From Aulosira sp. ZfuVER01 (GTDB lineage Bacteria; Cyanobacteriota; Cyanobacteriia; Cyanobacteriales; Nostocaceae), in NCBI GenBank assembly GCA_034530615.2, contig JAVRCV020000007.1, forward strand, positions 64,001-128,000: a stretch of DNA of 64,000 nucleotides. The letters are read 5' to 3'. A model generated the notes under the pieces. The model had not been told where the DNA came from. It was given only the letters and a program-made list of their open reading frames with translations, and made no database searches. This document shows positions 54,422 through 64,000 of the stretch, in pieces; position 1 is the first letter of the stretch; each line of letters starts with the position of its first letter. The position numbers and the translations under genes are program-made.

Positions 54422-55474
54422 TTACTCGTTGCTTAAAGCTTCACTCAACAAATCACGATGCATTAAGGCTCGATCCACTAAAGATTGAATTTGCTTCGGC
54501 GACAGGGGATCGCCATTAGCATAATGCTCCATCCAAGTTGTACTAATTAAATTGGCGTCCTCTGGTATATCCGCCAAATCCCACCCAGGCATAGATAAGT
54601 CTTCCATGAGACGATTTACCTTGGGATCGTAACTGAGAGCAAAACAGCGACATCCTTCAGCTGCTGCCATAATCAAGCTGTGTAGGCGCATACCAATGAC
54701 CATTTCCACACCGCGATACACACCTTTTAAAAGTTGTGGATCTTCCAGACACATAATCTGGCTCACATCTTTGAGTTGAGGTTGAATTTCCTCAGCAATT
54801 TCTAAATCTTCACTTTTTTGAAATGGCAATAGTAGAATAAACGTTTGCGTGGCTTTTTGAAAATCAGCCAAAGCACGAGTTAAATTTGCCAAGCGCGTTT
54901 CTGTAAGTTGGGGATGCGATCGCAAAGTCACCGCAACTCTGGGCGCAGGTAAATCCCAAAGTCCGGGTACTGGCTTAGATTCCAAAGCCCAAACTGGGTC
55001 AGGTGCAAGGATACAAGGAATTTGCCAATCAGCTAATAAATTCGCACTAGCGCGATCGCGTACACTGACCTTGGTACAACCAGCAAAAGTCTGTCTTGCT
55101 AACCAACGAGTTTGCGGACGCTTCAAGGGGCCAATTCCCTGGGCCCAAGCAACGGTTTTTAAACCCATTTTCTGTGCCAAAGTCATCAATCCCCCATAAT
55201 AAAATGGGTTGATGGCACTAGTAACATCTTGGATTAAACTACCACCGCCCCATATAAAAGCATCACAAGAGCGCAAAGCTTGCAGTACAGATGAAACAGC
55301 CATGCGATTGTGAGATTCCACACCATAGCGATCGCGGGTTTCCTCAGGATTACCAGAAAGCACCACAGGTGTGACATGAGGTGGTAGCATTTGCAAAAGC
55401 GTTGCCAATAGAGCTTCGTCACCACCATTACCTTTTCCGTAATACCCAGATAATAACGCCCGCATCGGTTTCAT
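54422..55474 (-). CDS. csaB: Polysaccharide pyruvyl transferase CsaB
   Basis: SGYYGKGNGGDEA, GGGSLIQDVTS, AQGIGPL, GMRLHSLI and SYDPKV. Confidence 0.9.
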   Translation of the reverse strand: MKPMRALLSGYYGKGNGGDEALLATLLQMLPPHVTPVVLSGNPEETRDRYGVESHNRMAVSSVLQALRSCDAFIWGGGSLIQDVTSAINPFYYGGLMTLAQKMGLKTVAWAQGIGPLKRPQTRWLARQTFAGCTKVSVRDRASANLLADWQIPCILAPDPVWALESKPVPGLWDLPAPRVAVTLRSHPQLTETRLANLTRALADFQKATQTFILLLPFQKSEDLEIAEEIQPQLKDVSQIMCLEDPQLLKGVYRGVEMVIGMRLHSLIMAAAEGCRCFALSYDPKVNRLMEDLSMPGWDLADIPEDANLISTTWMEHYANGDPLSPKQIQSLVDRALMHRDLLSEALSNE

Positions 55475-55599
55475 TTTTAATTTTGGATTTTAGCTAATAG
55501 AGTTTGTTTGCACCTGATTATCTATCACTTATACAGATGTTAGGTGCGATGGCTGGCATACTTTCCAAAAAATCGGATTTTTCTTGTGGGAAGATGGGG

Positions 55600-55700
55600 A
55601 GAGGAGAAGCAGGGGAGCAGGGAGCAAGGGGAGAAATGAAAAATGTCCTTGACTCTTGCCTATTGACCCTTGACTTTTGACTTTTGACTTTTGACTTTTA
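55600..55700. repeat. STRR cluster (GGGAGCA, (CTTTTGA)n)
   Basis: Tandem heptamers in the divergent csaB / DUF2499 region. Confidence 0.75.
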
Positions 55701-55708
55701 ACTTACTT

Positions 55709-56056
55709 ATGCACGCCCTTTCGATTCCCACCTGGATTATTCACGTTTCTAGCGTCATTGAGTGGATTGCCGCTATATGGTTAATCTGGACTTACGGCGA
55801 ACTTACTGGTAATCGGACTTGGTGGGGATTATCCTTCGCCATGTTACCGGCTTTGGTCAGCGCTATGTGTGCTTGCACCTGGCACTATTTTGACAATCCA
55901 GAATCTTTAGAATGGCTGGTAACACTTCAAGCTACCATGACCTTAGTTGGTAATTTTACTCTTTGGGCAGCGGCGGTGTGGATTTGGCGTTCCAGCAAAT
56001 CTGCCCAGAAGGGAATTAATTCTGTTGCAGCCCAACCTATCAAATCAGAGCGATGA
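55709..56056 (+). CDS. DUF2499 (Ycf49-like) membrane protein
   Basis: MHALSIPTWIIHVSSVIEW and AMCACTWHYFDN. Confidence 0.85.
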   Translation: MHALSIPTWIIHVSSVIEWIAAIWLIWTYGELTGNRTWWGLSFAMLPALVSAMCACTWHYFDNPESLEWLVTLQATMTLVGNFTLWAAAVWIWRSSKSAQKGINSVAAQPIKSER

Positions 56057-56367
56057 TATCTAAAGACGCCCTTTTTGCCCTTTCACTGTTTCCTTATTTG
56101 GGTTTCTTGTGGTTTATCAGCCGCAGTAAGCAAATGCCACGTTTGGCTTTGTATGGATTTTATGGCACTTTAGTGTTTGTGGGTGTCACCATCCCAGCAG
56201 GAATTTATGCCAAGGTCCATTATGGTAAGGCTTTGGCAAATGTCGATTGGCTGCACGGTGGTGCAGAAGTTTTTTTAACCCTGACTAACATCTTGATTGT
56301 GATGGGTTTTTGGCAAGCTGTAAGGCAATTAAAACTGAAAACTTCAACAGAAAAACCCAACGTATAG
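56053..56367 (+). CDS. DUF3593 membrane protein
   Basis: LFALSLFPYLGFL, LANVDWLHGGAE. Confidence 0.85.
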   Translation: MISKDALFALSLFPYLGFLWFISRSKQMPRLALYGFYGTLVFVGVTIPAGIYAKVHYGKALANVDWLHGGAEVFLTLTNILIVMGFWQAVRQLKLKTSTEKPNV

Positions 56368-56398
56368 CTAGCTTTGTGACTGCATTGAGGATGAGGTA

Positions 56399-57172
56399 AT
56401 GGATGTAATTCCAGCAATTGATTTACTAGAAGGCCGCTGTGTGCGACTTTATCAGGGTGACTACGATCGCTCGCAAGTTTTTAGCGAAAACCCTGCTGAT
56501 GTTGCTAAACAGTGGGTCGAACAGGGTGCTGCTAGGCTACACGTGGTCGATCTAGATGGTGCAAAAGCCGGTAAAGTAGTAAACTTGGGGGCAATTGAAG
56601 CGATCGCTCAAGCGGTATCAGTACCCATTCAAGTCGGCGGAGGAATGCGCGATCGCGCTAGCGTACAGCAAGTATTAAATCTAGGCATACAGCGAGCCAT
56701 TCTCGGAACCATTGCGGTAGAACAACCCCAGCTAGTACAGCAACTCTGCCAAGAATTTCCCGGACAGATTGTCATCGGTATTGATGCTCGCAACGGATTT
56801 GTAGCAACTCGCGGTTGGCTAGAAACTTCTGAAGTGTTAGCCACCCAACTAGCTGTACAAATGCAAGAATTGGGTGCAGCGGCGATTATTTACACCGATA
56901 TTCACCGCGATGGTACTCTCTCTGGCCCCAATTTAGATGCTTTGCGAGAGCTAGCTACCACAATTTCTATACCAGTAATTGCCTCTGGTGGAGTGAGTTC
57001 TGTCACCGATTTATTGAGCTTGTTGGCATTAGAAGCACAAGGCGTAACTAGTGTAATTGTCGGTCGTGCCTTATATACAGGCGATATTGACCTTAAAGAA
57101 GCACTGCGTGCGATCGGGCCAGGGCGCATTCAAGATATTCCACCCAATCTAGATTTTTCCACCTTTGCTTAA
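56399..57172 (+). CDS. hisA: ProFAR isomerase
   Basis: [40 protein letters not shown] and ASGGVSS. Confidence 0.96.
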   Translation: MDVIPAIDLLEGRCVRLYQGDYDRSQVFSENPADVAKQWVEQGAARLHVVDLDGAKAGKVVNLGAIEAIAQAVSVPIQVGGGMRDRASVQQVLNLGIQRAILGTIAVEQPQLVQQLCQEFPGQIVIGIDARNGFVATRGWLETSEVLATQLAVQMQELGAAAIIYTDIHRDGTLSGPNLDALRELATTISIPVIASGGVSSVTDLLSLLALEAQGVTSVIVGRALYTGDIDLKEALRAIGPGRIQDIPPNLDFSTFA

Positions 57173-57414
57173 CATTACCTCTCTTCTTTGACAAGATTAC
57201 AAAGTTAATCTAGCTACAAGGTGGAAATGGTCACTATATGGGGATATGGGACTTTTTCCCTCCCCATCCTTTTACAAGAAGTAAATAGCGAACATCTACG
57301 AACAGCAAGATATATTAGGCTACACCTTGGTTCTTTTCCTAAATTTTCCGGATTAATAATTTATACTCCTGTAGTTCAAGTTGTAGAGAGTTAACAATCC
57401 AAGATTGTCTTCTT

Positions 57415-57540
57415 ATGGCTCGTCGAAAACCTCCCAACAATGGCAAGCCAGCCAAAACTGAGCCTGGTGCTATCAGGATCAACAGCAACCCAAAAACTGA
57501 AAATCAAGAACAGCCTAAAAAACTTGATGAAACAAATTAA
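57415..57540 (+). CDS. Putative 41-aa small protein MARRKPPNNGKPAKTEPGAIRINSNPKTENQEQPKKLDETN
   Basis: Translated by hand; shares a 12-aa motif with 57791..57907; followed by a terminator-like hairpin. Confidence 0.5.
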   Translation: MARRKPPNNGKPAKTEPGAIRINSNPKTENQEQPKKLDETN

Positions 57541-57623
57541 GTTTCTGGTTGTCAATTTTTTGAAAATTTAATTTTTATACTTTGTAATTTGAATTTTTTA
57601 ACGATAATGGGTTTCCTCTGTAT

Positions 57624-57657
57624 TAGAGACGTAAAATCATAACGTCTCTATTTTTTT
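57624..57657 (+). terminator. Terminator-like hairpin after the 57415 small ORF
   Basis: TAGAGACGT...ACGTCTCTA followed by TTTTTTT. Confidence 0.65.
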
Positions 57658-57790
57658 GCTATTTCTTAGCAGTTTTAAATTTTGAATTATCTGAAATATA
57701 AAGACTTAGAATAGTTTTCGGAAATGACCTGGCACATCATGTAGATTAAAAACATAGATAAATTTTGCATGATTTAAGAGGTTTAGGCTT

Positions 57791-57907
57791 ATGTCCAATC
57801 AACAAGGTAATTCCCAACAACCATCTAACCAAAAAGATATAAAAAATCAAGCAACAAGCAGGAAGAAACCCCTAAATAATGGAATTCCCCCTAAAAGAGA
57901 TCACTAA
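57791..57907 (+). CDS. Putative 38-aa small protein MSNQQGNSQQPSNQKDIKNQATSRKKPLNNGIPPKRDH
   Basis: Translated by hand; SD-like AAGAGG ~10 nt upstream; shares a motif with 57415..57540. Confidence 0.5.
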   Translation: MSNQQGNSQQPSNQKDIKNQATSRKKPLNNGIPPKRDH

Positions 57908-57962
57908 TTATGAATTAATAGATATGAAAATGCTGCTTTGTAGAAAAAAATTAGTAAGTAAT

Positions 57963-57994
57963 TTCGTAGCCAGGACTAAATTCCTGACTACGAA
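57963..57994. terminator. Hairpin between the convergent small ORF and the coiled-coil operon
   Basis: TTCGTAGCCAGGA...TCCTGACTACGAA (the one mismatch is a G-U pair on the minus strand). Confidence 0.55.
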
Positions 57995-58040
57995 TCACTA
58001 AACTTACATCCCTACATTTATTTTCAGAGTAGAATCGGTT

Positions 58041-59120
58041 TTATTTATTCTTCACCTGACTCTTCGCCTGCTCTAATGCTATTTCTTTGATTGCTTGGTA
58101 CGAATTCACATTAGCAGTACCTTCAATTGCTTTTACTGCTAAATCCTGAACTTGTTTGAGAGCAGATTCAAGTTGCTTAGAAAGGTTTTGAATGCGAGTA
58201 TCTTGATTAGTAATTGTCTGTTCTAGAGATTGCAATCTCTGTTCATAAAAACGCTTCTGTCCTTCTACTTCTTTGCTATATAAATCTGATTTAATTTTAG
58301 CTTGATAGTAGGCAATACCTTTACCTTCTTCTGTTGCTTTTTTGAGAGCAGCTTCTTTCTCTTTAGGAAATGCTTCTACCTTAGCTTTATATTCTTCAAA
58401 TTGTTTTTCTCGTTCAGCAATTGCTTTCTCTCGTTCAGTCCACTCTTTCTCCGTTTCTTGTTGAAATTCTTCTAACTGCTTATTTAATTCTTTTTGCTGC
58501 TGTTCGTATTCATCTTTTGCTAATTTACGTTGCAGTTCCAAATTATACTTATACTCAGCCTCATCTCTTTGCCGAGTTCTTTTAAGATTTTCATCTCGTT
58601 CTTTAATTAATCTGTTATTTTCTTCTTGTTCTTTTATCCAAGTTTTTCTTTGCTCATCTATTTCTTGTAATAATAGTTCCTTTTGCTCGCTAAACTCTTC
58701 TTGATAGTTTTTAGAATTCTCTTCATAGTTGGCAATTAGAGTATCTAAAATATCTTCAGATATTTCTAAATTATGTAGTTGCTTTAGCTGTTGGACTTCT
58801 TGCCCTACATTTTCTCCAATTTCTGCTAATTTAGAGGCTTGCGTAGTTAGCTGTTCTGATAATTCATTTGCCGCGCTACCAAAGCCTAACTGAATTTTAG
58901 CCAAGCTTTCAATTGTATAATTCATCTTTTGCTGAACAGTAGATTGCGGATTCATAGTAGTTTTTGGCTCTAGTTTGGGTTTTTCTTTCGCGACAGATTG
59001 GTTTTCTTTTAGTGCTTGATTCAGTTGTGTTTTAACGGCTGCTGTCTCTTTGGCTAACTCTTCATAAGCTTGAAGTATTTCAGCTTTAGTACTCTTATCA
59101 GTTGGTTTTTTAACTACCAC
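58041..59120 (-). CDS. Coiled-coil-rich protein, probable ZacK/LfiB (Alr4505) orthologue
   Basis: E/K/Q-rich heptads; paralogous to the upstream gene (QVQDLAVKA vs QAQDLAMRA); position beside sphR matches the Anabaena PCC 7120 arrangement as I recall it. Confidence 0.7.
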   Translation of the reverse strand: MVVKKPTDKSTKAEILQAYEELAKETAAVKTQLNQALKENQSVAKEKPKLEPKTTMNPQSTVQQKMNYTIESLAKIQLGFGSAANELSEQLTTQASKLAEIGENVGQEVQQLKQLHNLEISEDILDTLIANYEENSKNYQEEFSEQKELLLQEIDEQRKTWIKEQEENNRLIKERDENLKRTRQRDEAEYKYNLELQRKLAKDEYEQQQKELNKQLEEFQQETEKEWTEREKAIAEREKQFEEYKAKVEAFPKEKEAALKKATEEGKGIAYYQAKIKSDLYSKEVEGQKRFYEQRLQSLEQTITNQDTRIQNLSKQLESALKQVQDLAVKAIEGTANVNSYQAIKEIALEQAKSQVKNK

Positions 59121-59169
59121 AATTAACCTCTATAATTTCAAAAAAACTTGCTAAAACGATTAAGATAGC

Positions 59170-60147
59170 CTATTTAGAACTATCAAAAGCTCTCATTGCT
59201 AAGTCTTGTGCCTGTTTCAATGCAGTTTGTAGTTGAGCAGAAATTCCTTCAATTTGCTCTGTTTGTTTGTTAATAGTTTCTTCTAAAGACTGAATTTTTA
59301 ATTCGTAACTCTGTTTGCTAGATTCCCACTCTTTTTCAAATAAATCAGCTTCGACTTTGGCCTTTTGGCTTGTTTCTTTAATTGCTTCTTCTCTAGCCTT
59401 TTTAACTGCTTCTTCCAATTCAGTAGGAAATGCTGCTATTTTTTGCTGATATTCTGTAAACAGAGGTTTATTTTGAGTGAGAATTTTTTCACGTTCTGCC
59501 CAGTTTTTCTGTTTTTCTTGGGTACTTTCTTGTATTTCCCTTTCTAAATTGCGTTTCCGTGCTTCATAAGCATCTGTAGTTAATTTTCGTGTAGTTTCTA
59601 ACTTATATTGATATTCTTCTGCTTCAGAAGAGCGTTGTTTAACTAATACATCGTTGTAAGCTTGTAGCGCTTCTTCGTATTCTGCTTGCTCTTTCTGCCA
59701 CTCTTTACGCCTAGTTGTAATTTCTTTTTCCAGAGCTTCTCGCTTACTATAAATTTCTTGTTCTAGAGTTTTTAATTTTTCTTGATGTTCTTGATTTAAA
59801 ATGTCTAAAGCATCTGCTACAATTCTGATTTGTTGAAGCTCTTGTAACTGCTGAGTTTCAATTTCTATAGCCCGATTTAATTCATCTAATTTGGAGTTTT
59901 CTTTAGCTAATTTTTCTGATAGGGAATTGACAATACTACCAAATTCCAATTGTAAATCAGCTAAACCTTTAACAATACTATCAACAGTATATGTAGAAGC
60001 AGCTACCAAAATCTCTTGGCTTTTTGCCTTTTCTGCTTCCTCTTGTTTAGTAGCTATTTTTGAGTCTAATTTTTTTCTTTCTGCAAGAATTTGTTGAAAT
60101 GCTTGTACTATTTGTTGTTTGCTGTCTTTGATTGCAATTGTCGTCAT
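59170..60147 (-). CDS. Coiled-coil-rich protein, probable ZicK/LfiA (Alr4504) orthologue
   Basis: SD AAGGAG upstream; continuous coiled coil; divergent from sphR. Confidence 0.7.
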   Translation of the reverse strand: MTTIAIKDSKQQIVQAFQQILAERKKLDSKIATKQEEAEKAKSQEILVAASTYTVDSIVKGLADLQLEFGSIVNSLSEKLAKENSKLDELNRAIEIETQQLQELQQIRIVADALDILNQEHQEKLKTLEQEIYSKREALEKEITTRRKEWQKEQAEYEEALQAYNDVLVKQRSSEAEEYQYKLETTRKLTTDAYEARKRNLEREIQESTQEKQKNWAEREKILTQNKPLFTEYQQKIAAFPTELEEAVKKAREEAIKETSQKAKVEADLFEKEWESSKQSYELKIQSLEETINKQTEQIEGISAQLQTALKQAQDLAMRAFDSSK

Positions 60148-60619
60148 ATTCTAACTCCTTTAAACACGCAACAATGTAGTGAGTAGCAAGCCATACCAAG
60201 GCTTACCTATGCAGACATCAGGCTAGCCTGGAAATGTGCATTTTTCACGCAGTGCAAATACTGAAACCGAGACTCAACAAACACTCAAAATTATCCATAA
60301 CTATCTACACAAGTGTCTGCTGGTTTCAATGGAAAAGCTTGATTAATTTTATAGTACTTTTGTACTATAAAAAATATACTCAATTACTTCCGTTATTGTC
60401 AAGAAGGAATTGCAGTTATACAGAAATTAAAGATCTTAAGTTATCGAAAACACTCTTACCTGCTTGTAGCCGCAGTGATTTATAATATGTAACATTCTGT
60501 GATGTATGTTACGTTTTATCAATTAGAGCATCACGCCAGAGGCGTAAATGCACTGAGGCTCGATAATTGATTCAGTCATCGTCTTAATAGCAGCAAAGAC
60601 TCAAACTTTTGTAATCTCA

Positions 60620-61372
60620 ATGTATACCAGCGAATCAACCAAGTTTTCTGCCAAAGCGGACATAGGGCAAACAAGCCGCATTCTAGTAGTAGAAGATGAA
60701 GAACTAATCCGGGAAATGCTAGTGGTAGCGTTGGAGGAAGAAGGCTATGGAGTAGTAACGGCTACTGATGGGCGATCGGCTGTAGAATATCTCAAAAATT
60801 TTGAACCCAACTCAGGAGAAGTGGCCTTTGATTTGGTAATCCTTGATTTAATGCTGCCGCAGATCAATGGATTAGATATTTGTCGCTTACTGCGTCATCA
60901 AGGAAACCCAGTACCGATTTTGATGCTGAGTGCCAAAGGTAGCGAAACTGACCGGGTTCTGGGTTTAGAAGTAGGAGCAGATGACTATCTCACCAAACCC
61001 TTTAGTATGCGGGAGTTAGTTGCTCGCTGTCGTGCTTTACTTCGCCGCCAGCGTTTCAGCACTTTACCTCAACTACCCGTATTAAAGTACAAGGATGTGA
61101 GCTTGAATCCCCAAGAGTGTCGCGTGCTAGTTCGCGGTCAAGAGGTAAGTTTGTCGCCTAAAGAGTTTCGGCTTCTAGAACTGTTTATGAGCTATGCTCG
61201 TCGGGTTTGGTCGCGGGAACAATTGCTGGATCAAGTTTGGGGGCCTGATTTTGTCGGAGATAGTAAAACTGTGGATGTTCACATCCGTTGGTTGCGGGAA
61301 AAATTAGAGATAGACCCTAGTCGTCCAGAGTACATTGTGACTGTCAGAGGATTTGGCTATCGATTTGGATAA
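60620..61372 (+). CDS. sphR: Pho regulon response regulator (PhoB/SphR, OmpR family)
   Basis: REC plus winged helix (SREQLLDQVWG, KTVDVHIRWLREK, TVRGFGYRF); upstream of a kinase and phoU. Confidence 0.88.
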   Translation: MYTSESTKFSAKADIGQTSRILVVEDEELIREMLVVALEEEGYGVVTATDGRSAVEYLKNFEPNSGEVAFDLVILDLMLPQINGLDICRLLRHQGNPVPILMLSAKGSETDRVLGLEVGADDYLTKPFSMRELVARCRALLRRQRFSTLPQLPVLKYKDVSLNPQECRVLVRGQEVSLSPKEFRLLELFMSYARRVWSREQLLDQVWGPDFVGDSKTVDVHIRWLREKLEIDPSRPEYIVTVRGFGYRFG

Positions 61373-61425
61373 TTGCCTAGGATAGTTGTTAGTTTTTAGT
61401 AGTTATCAAAAAACTAATGACTTAA

Positions 61426-62739
61426 ATGCTTTTATTGGGATTTTGTTTGGGTTTAGCGGTAGGCATTGGGTTTTGGATTTGGCAACAGGTCCAACTAGAG
61501 CGCTATTTGGAGCGAGTACTCAAACCTTTAAATTCTCACTCTTCTAAAGTAATACTGCCGCTAATTCCTCATTTACGGCAGGAAATTGCAATGGTAAAGC
61601 AGCAGCGACAGGATCTACAGCAGTCGCTGGAGACGTACCAAGAACTGTTGGATGTTGCACCATTGGGATATTTGCAGGTGGATGAAGAAAATCAACTGCT
61701 GTGGTGCAATCAGCAAGCTAGGGAGATATTGTATCTGGAGCGCTGGCAACCAGGTCAAGTGCGATTGTTACTGGAATTAGTGCGTTCTTATGAACTTGAC
61801 CGCTTAATTGAACAAACTCGCGATCGCCAACAACCACTGGTGAAAGAGTGGGTATTTCACCCTTCTTGTGAGGATGCAACAGCAATGTTAGAAATAAAAT
61901 CGCTGGCTATACGGGCATCCAGCTTTCCCTTACCGCAAGGACAAGTAGGAGTATTTTTAGAAAATCGCCAACCCCTGCTAGATATGAATCAAGTAAGAGA
62001 TCGTTCTTTTTCGGATCTAGCTCACGAACTCAGAACACCACTGACTTCGATTCGTCTGGTTGTGGAAACTTTACAAAATCGTTTAGAACCACCTTTAAAT
62101 CGTTGGGTTAACCGTCTGATGCTAGAAGTCGATCGCTTGATCAACTTGGTACAAGGTTGGTTAGATCTAACTCAAATGGAAACAGATCCCAGCATTCAAT
62201 TGCATCCAGAAGCAGTAGAAGTGCGATCGCTAATTGCATCCGTTTGGGAAACTTTAGAACCATTAGCACAAAGGCAGCATCTCAATCTTAACTATTCGGG
62301 AGCAGAATCTCTCTGGATTAAAGCCGATCGCTCCCGAATGTACCAAGTGTTTCTCAACTTGCTCGACAACAGCATCAAATACAGCCCTCCTTGTACAACC
62401 ATTCAAATCCAAGCCAAAATTTTAGCGGCAAAAGATGCTCATCAGGGCAATATTACTTTTTCTACCTTGGAAATCAATATCATTGATTCGGGAGTTGGAT
62501 TTTCCGAAACAGATTTACCCCATGTTTTTGAACGTTTTTACCGAGGAGATAAAGCACGAACGCGGGATTCAGTACAAGATACTAATTCTACTACTACAAT
62601 TGTTGGTAGTGGTTTAGGTTTGGCAATAGTCAGGCAAATTGTTCTCGCTCACGGTGGTTTAATCAAAGCCATGAATCACCCCGAAACTGGTGGCGCATGG
62701 ATACAAGTTCAACTCCCGGAAGTTATGGCAAATACTTGA
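61426..62739 (+). CDS. sphS: Pho regulon sensor kinase (PhoR/SphS)
   Basis: N-terminal TM, PAS-like LLELVRSYELD, AHELRTPLT, FERFYRGDKAR and GSGLGL. Confidence 0.88.
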   Translation: MLLLGFCLGLAVGIGFWIWQQVQLERYLERVLKPLNSHSSKVILPLIPHLRQEIAMVKQQRQDLQQSLETYQELLDVAPLGYLQVDEENQLLWCNQQAREILYLERWQPGQVRLLLELVRSYELDRLIEQTRDRQQPLVKEWVFHPSCEDATAMLEIKSLAIRASSFPLPQGQVGVFLENRQPLLDMNQVRDRSFSDLAHELRTPLTSIRLVVETLQNRLEPPLNRWVNRLMLEVDRLINLVQGWLDLTQMETDPSIQLHPEAVEVRSLIASVWETLEPLAQRQHLNLNYSGAESLWIKADRSRMYQVFLNLLDNSIKYSPPCTTIQIQAKILAAKDAHQGNITFSTLEINIIDSGVGFSETDLPHVFERFYRGDKARTRDSVQDTNSTTTIVGSGLGLAIVRQIVLAHGGLIKAMNHPETGGAWIQVQLPEVMANT

Positions 62740-62788
62740 AGCCAAGACTATATTAAAAAAAAATAACTTCACGTTTGAGAATACAAGT

Positions 62789-63457
62789 GTGAAAGCAGCC
62801 TTTTATAGCCCCAATCCCGATGGAAACCAGCTGGCGCGCGCTATTAGGCGCTTAGAGCGAGATGTATTACGCATGGGAGCTTTGGTGGAACAATCGTTTC
62901 GTCTCAGCCACCAAGCCTTATTTTCCCGCAATCTCACAGCAGCTGAGGAGCTTCCGCAATTAGATAAAAAAATCGATCGCTTTTATAGACAAATCGAGTC
63001 AGACTGTACAACAATCATGACACTGCAAGCAACTACGCCACAAGATTTGCGTTGCTTGAGTGCATTTATGCAGCTAGTGCGAGATTTAGAACGGATTGGG
63101 GATTACGCCGAAGATCTTGCTGAAATTGCCATTAAAATCTTTCCTTACCCGCCTCATGCATCGTTACCAGAGATTGCAGTGATGTCTCATCATGCTCAAG
63201 CTATGTTAGCTACTAGCTTGGTGGCTTTAGCTGATTTGGATGAAGCTAGTGGGCGCAGTGTTAAACACTTAGATGATGCTGTCGATAATGCCTATGAGCG
63301 TCTCTATCAGACTTTAGCTTTTCAAAGGGATGTTCCCGGCGTAGTGGAACCCATTGTTCTGTTGGCATTGGCCATTCGCTGTTTAGAACGCATGGCAGAC
63401 CATGCTACTAATATTGGTCAACGAGTAGCATACATTGTTACTGGTCAACGTTCCTGA
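62789..63457 (+). CDS. phoU: Phosphate signalling complex protein PhoU
   Basis: Two PhoU repeats (DLERIGDYA, LERMADHATNI); GTG start inferred. Confidence 0.93.
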   Translation: MKAAFYSPNPDGNQLARAIRRLERDVLRMGALVEQSFRLSHQALFSRNLTAAEELPQLDKKIDRFYRQIESDCTTIMTLQATTPQDLRCLSAFMQLVRDLERIGDYAEDLAEIAIKIFPYPPHASLPEIAVMSHHAQAMLATSLVALADLDEASGRSVKHLDDAVDNAYERLYQTLAFQRDVPGVVEPIVLLALAIRCLERMADHATNIGQRVAYIVTGQRS

Positions 63458-64000
63458 TTTAGGCTACTAAACCCTAAAAACAAGAAATTGGGACTAACAG
63501 AAGAGGCTGGGGAGCAGGGATCAAGGGGGAAGATTTAGGATTTCCTCTGGCAAAAGTGTTTCAAGCCCACGCCACTTCTATTTTTTGGATAAAAAATTAG
63601 TGAAATGTATGATATTTCACTAAAAGCTTACCTGTTCTTAAACTTTCAACTTTAAAGTTAGGCCAAAATAACACAGTAATACTTGTAGCCCAGTCAGACT
63701 GATAAGTATCACTTGTTTGGATTTCTTGATGTTTAGGGGAAAAAGTTCAGGGGGATCAATAATTGGTTTTTCCAAATATTGTATAAAATAACACAGTCTA
63801 TTCAGATCTATCAAAGCAAGATAGCAAGCTGGTAAATTTTGAGTAATTAAAGGCAAGGAAGAACAAGAGATTTTATTTAATCAATACTTGGTAGCATTTG
63901 TTGCATATTTTTGGATTCTTGTTTCAGCAGAAAAATGTATGGAGCATCACAGATTTGTATTCTAGAAAGCTTAACAATATTGTCAAAAGTAATACTTAAC

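Overview
Chromosomal window from a filamentous cyanobacterium, most likely Nostocales. Evidence: dense HIP1 (GCGATCGC) octamers, heptameric STRR-type repeats, apcD, pmgA, and K-box + CIRCE before groESL. The housekeeping backbone is wecB, pilT, uvrA, purF/purL, apcD, rlmD, asnS, groES/groEL, ureDABC, csaB, hisA and sphR/sphS/phoU. Accessory blocks: an oprB-glcP-galM sugar-uptake cluster; a Rieske oxygenase with a ferredoxin; a Doc toxin gene inactivated by a +1 frameshift; a secreted CpcT/CpeT-like PEP-CTERM protein; a Wsp-type chemosensory operon with two receptors and a WspR-like receiver fused to a histidine kinase instead of GGDEF; an Rpn/DUF4351 + SMI1/KNR4 pair; and a coiled-coil gene pair probably orthologous to ZicK/ZacK. 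Most notable hunt results: (1) a GxxExxY (PD-(D/E)XK-like) gene inserted antisense between ureB and ureC, bracketed by 45-bp imperfect inverted repeats built from CGCA(A/G)AG units, with a solo array of the same unit upstream of ureD, so a candidate minimal mobile element; (2) two unannotated ~40-aa ORFs sharing R[RK]KPxNNGxPxK with synonymous codon divergence; (3) a 58-bp near-identical tract between the two MCP paralogues that starts at a HIP1 site; (4) a candidate NtcA-controlled sRNA downstream of apcD. All family calls come from motif recognition by eye; no database searches were run.
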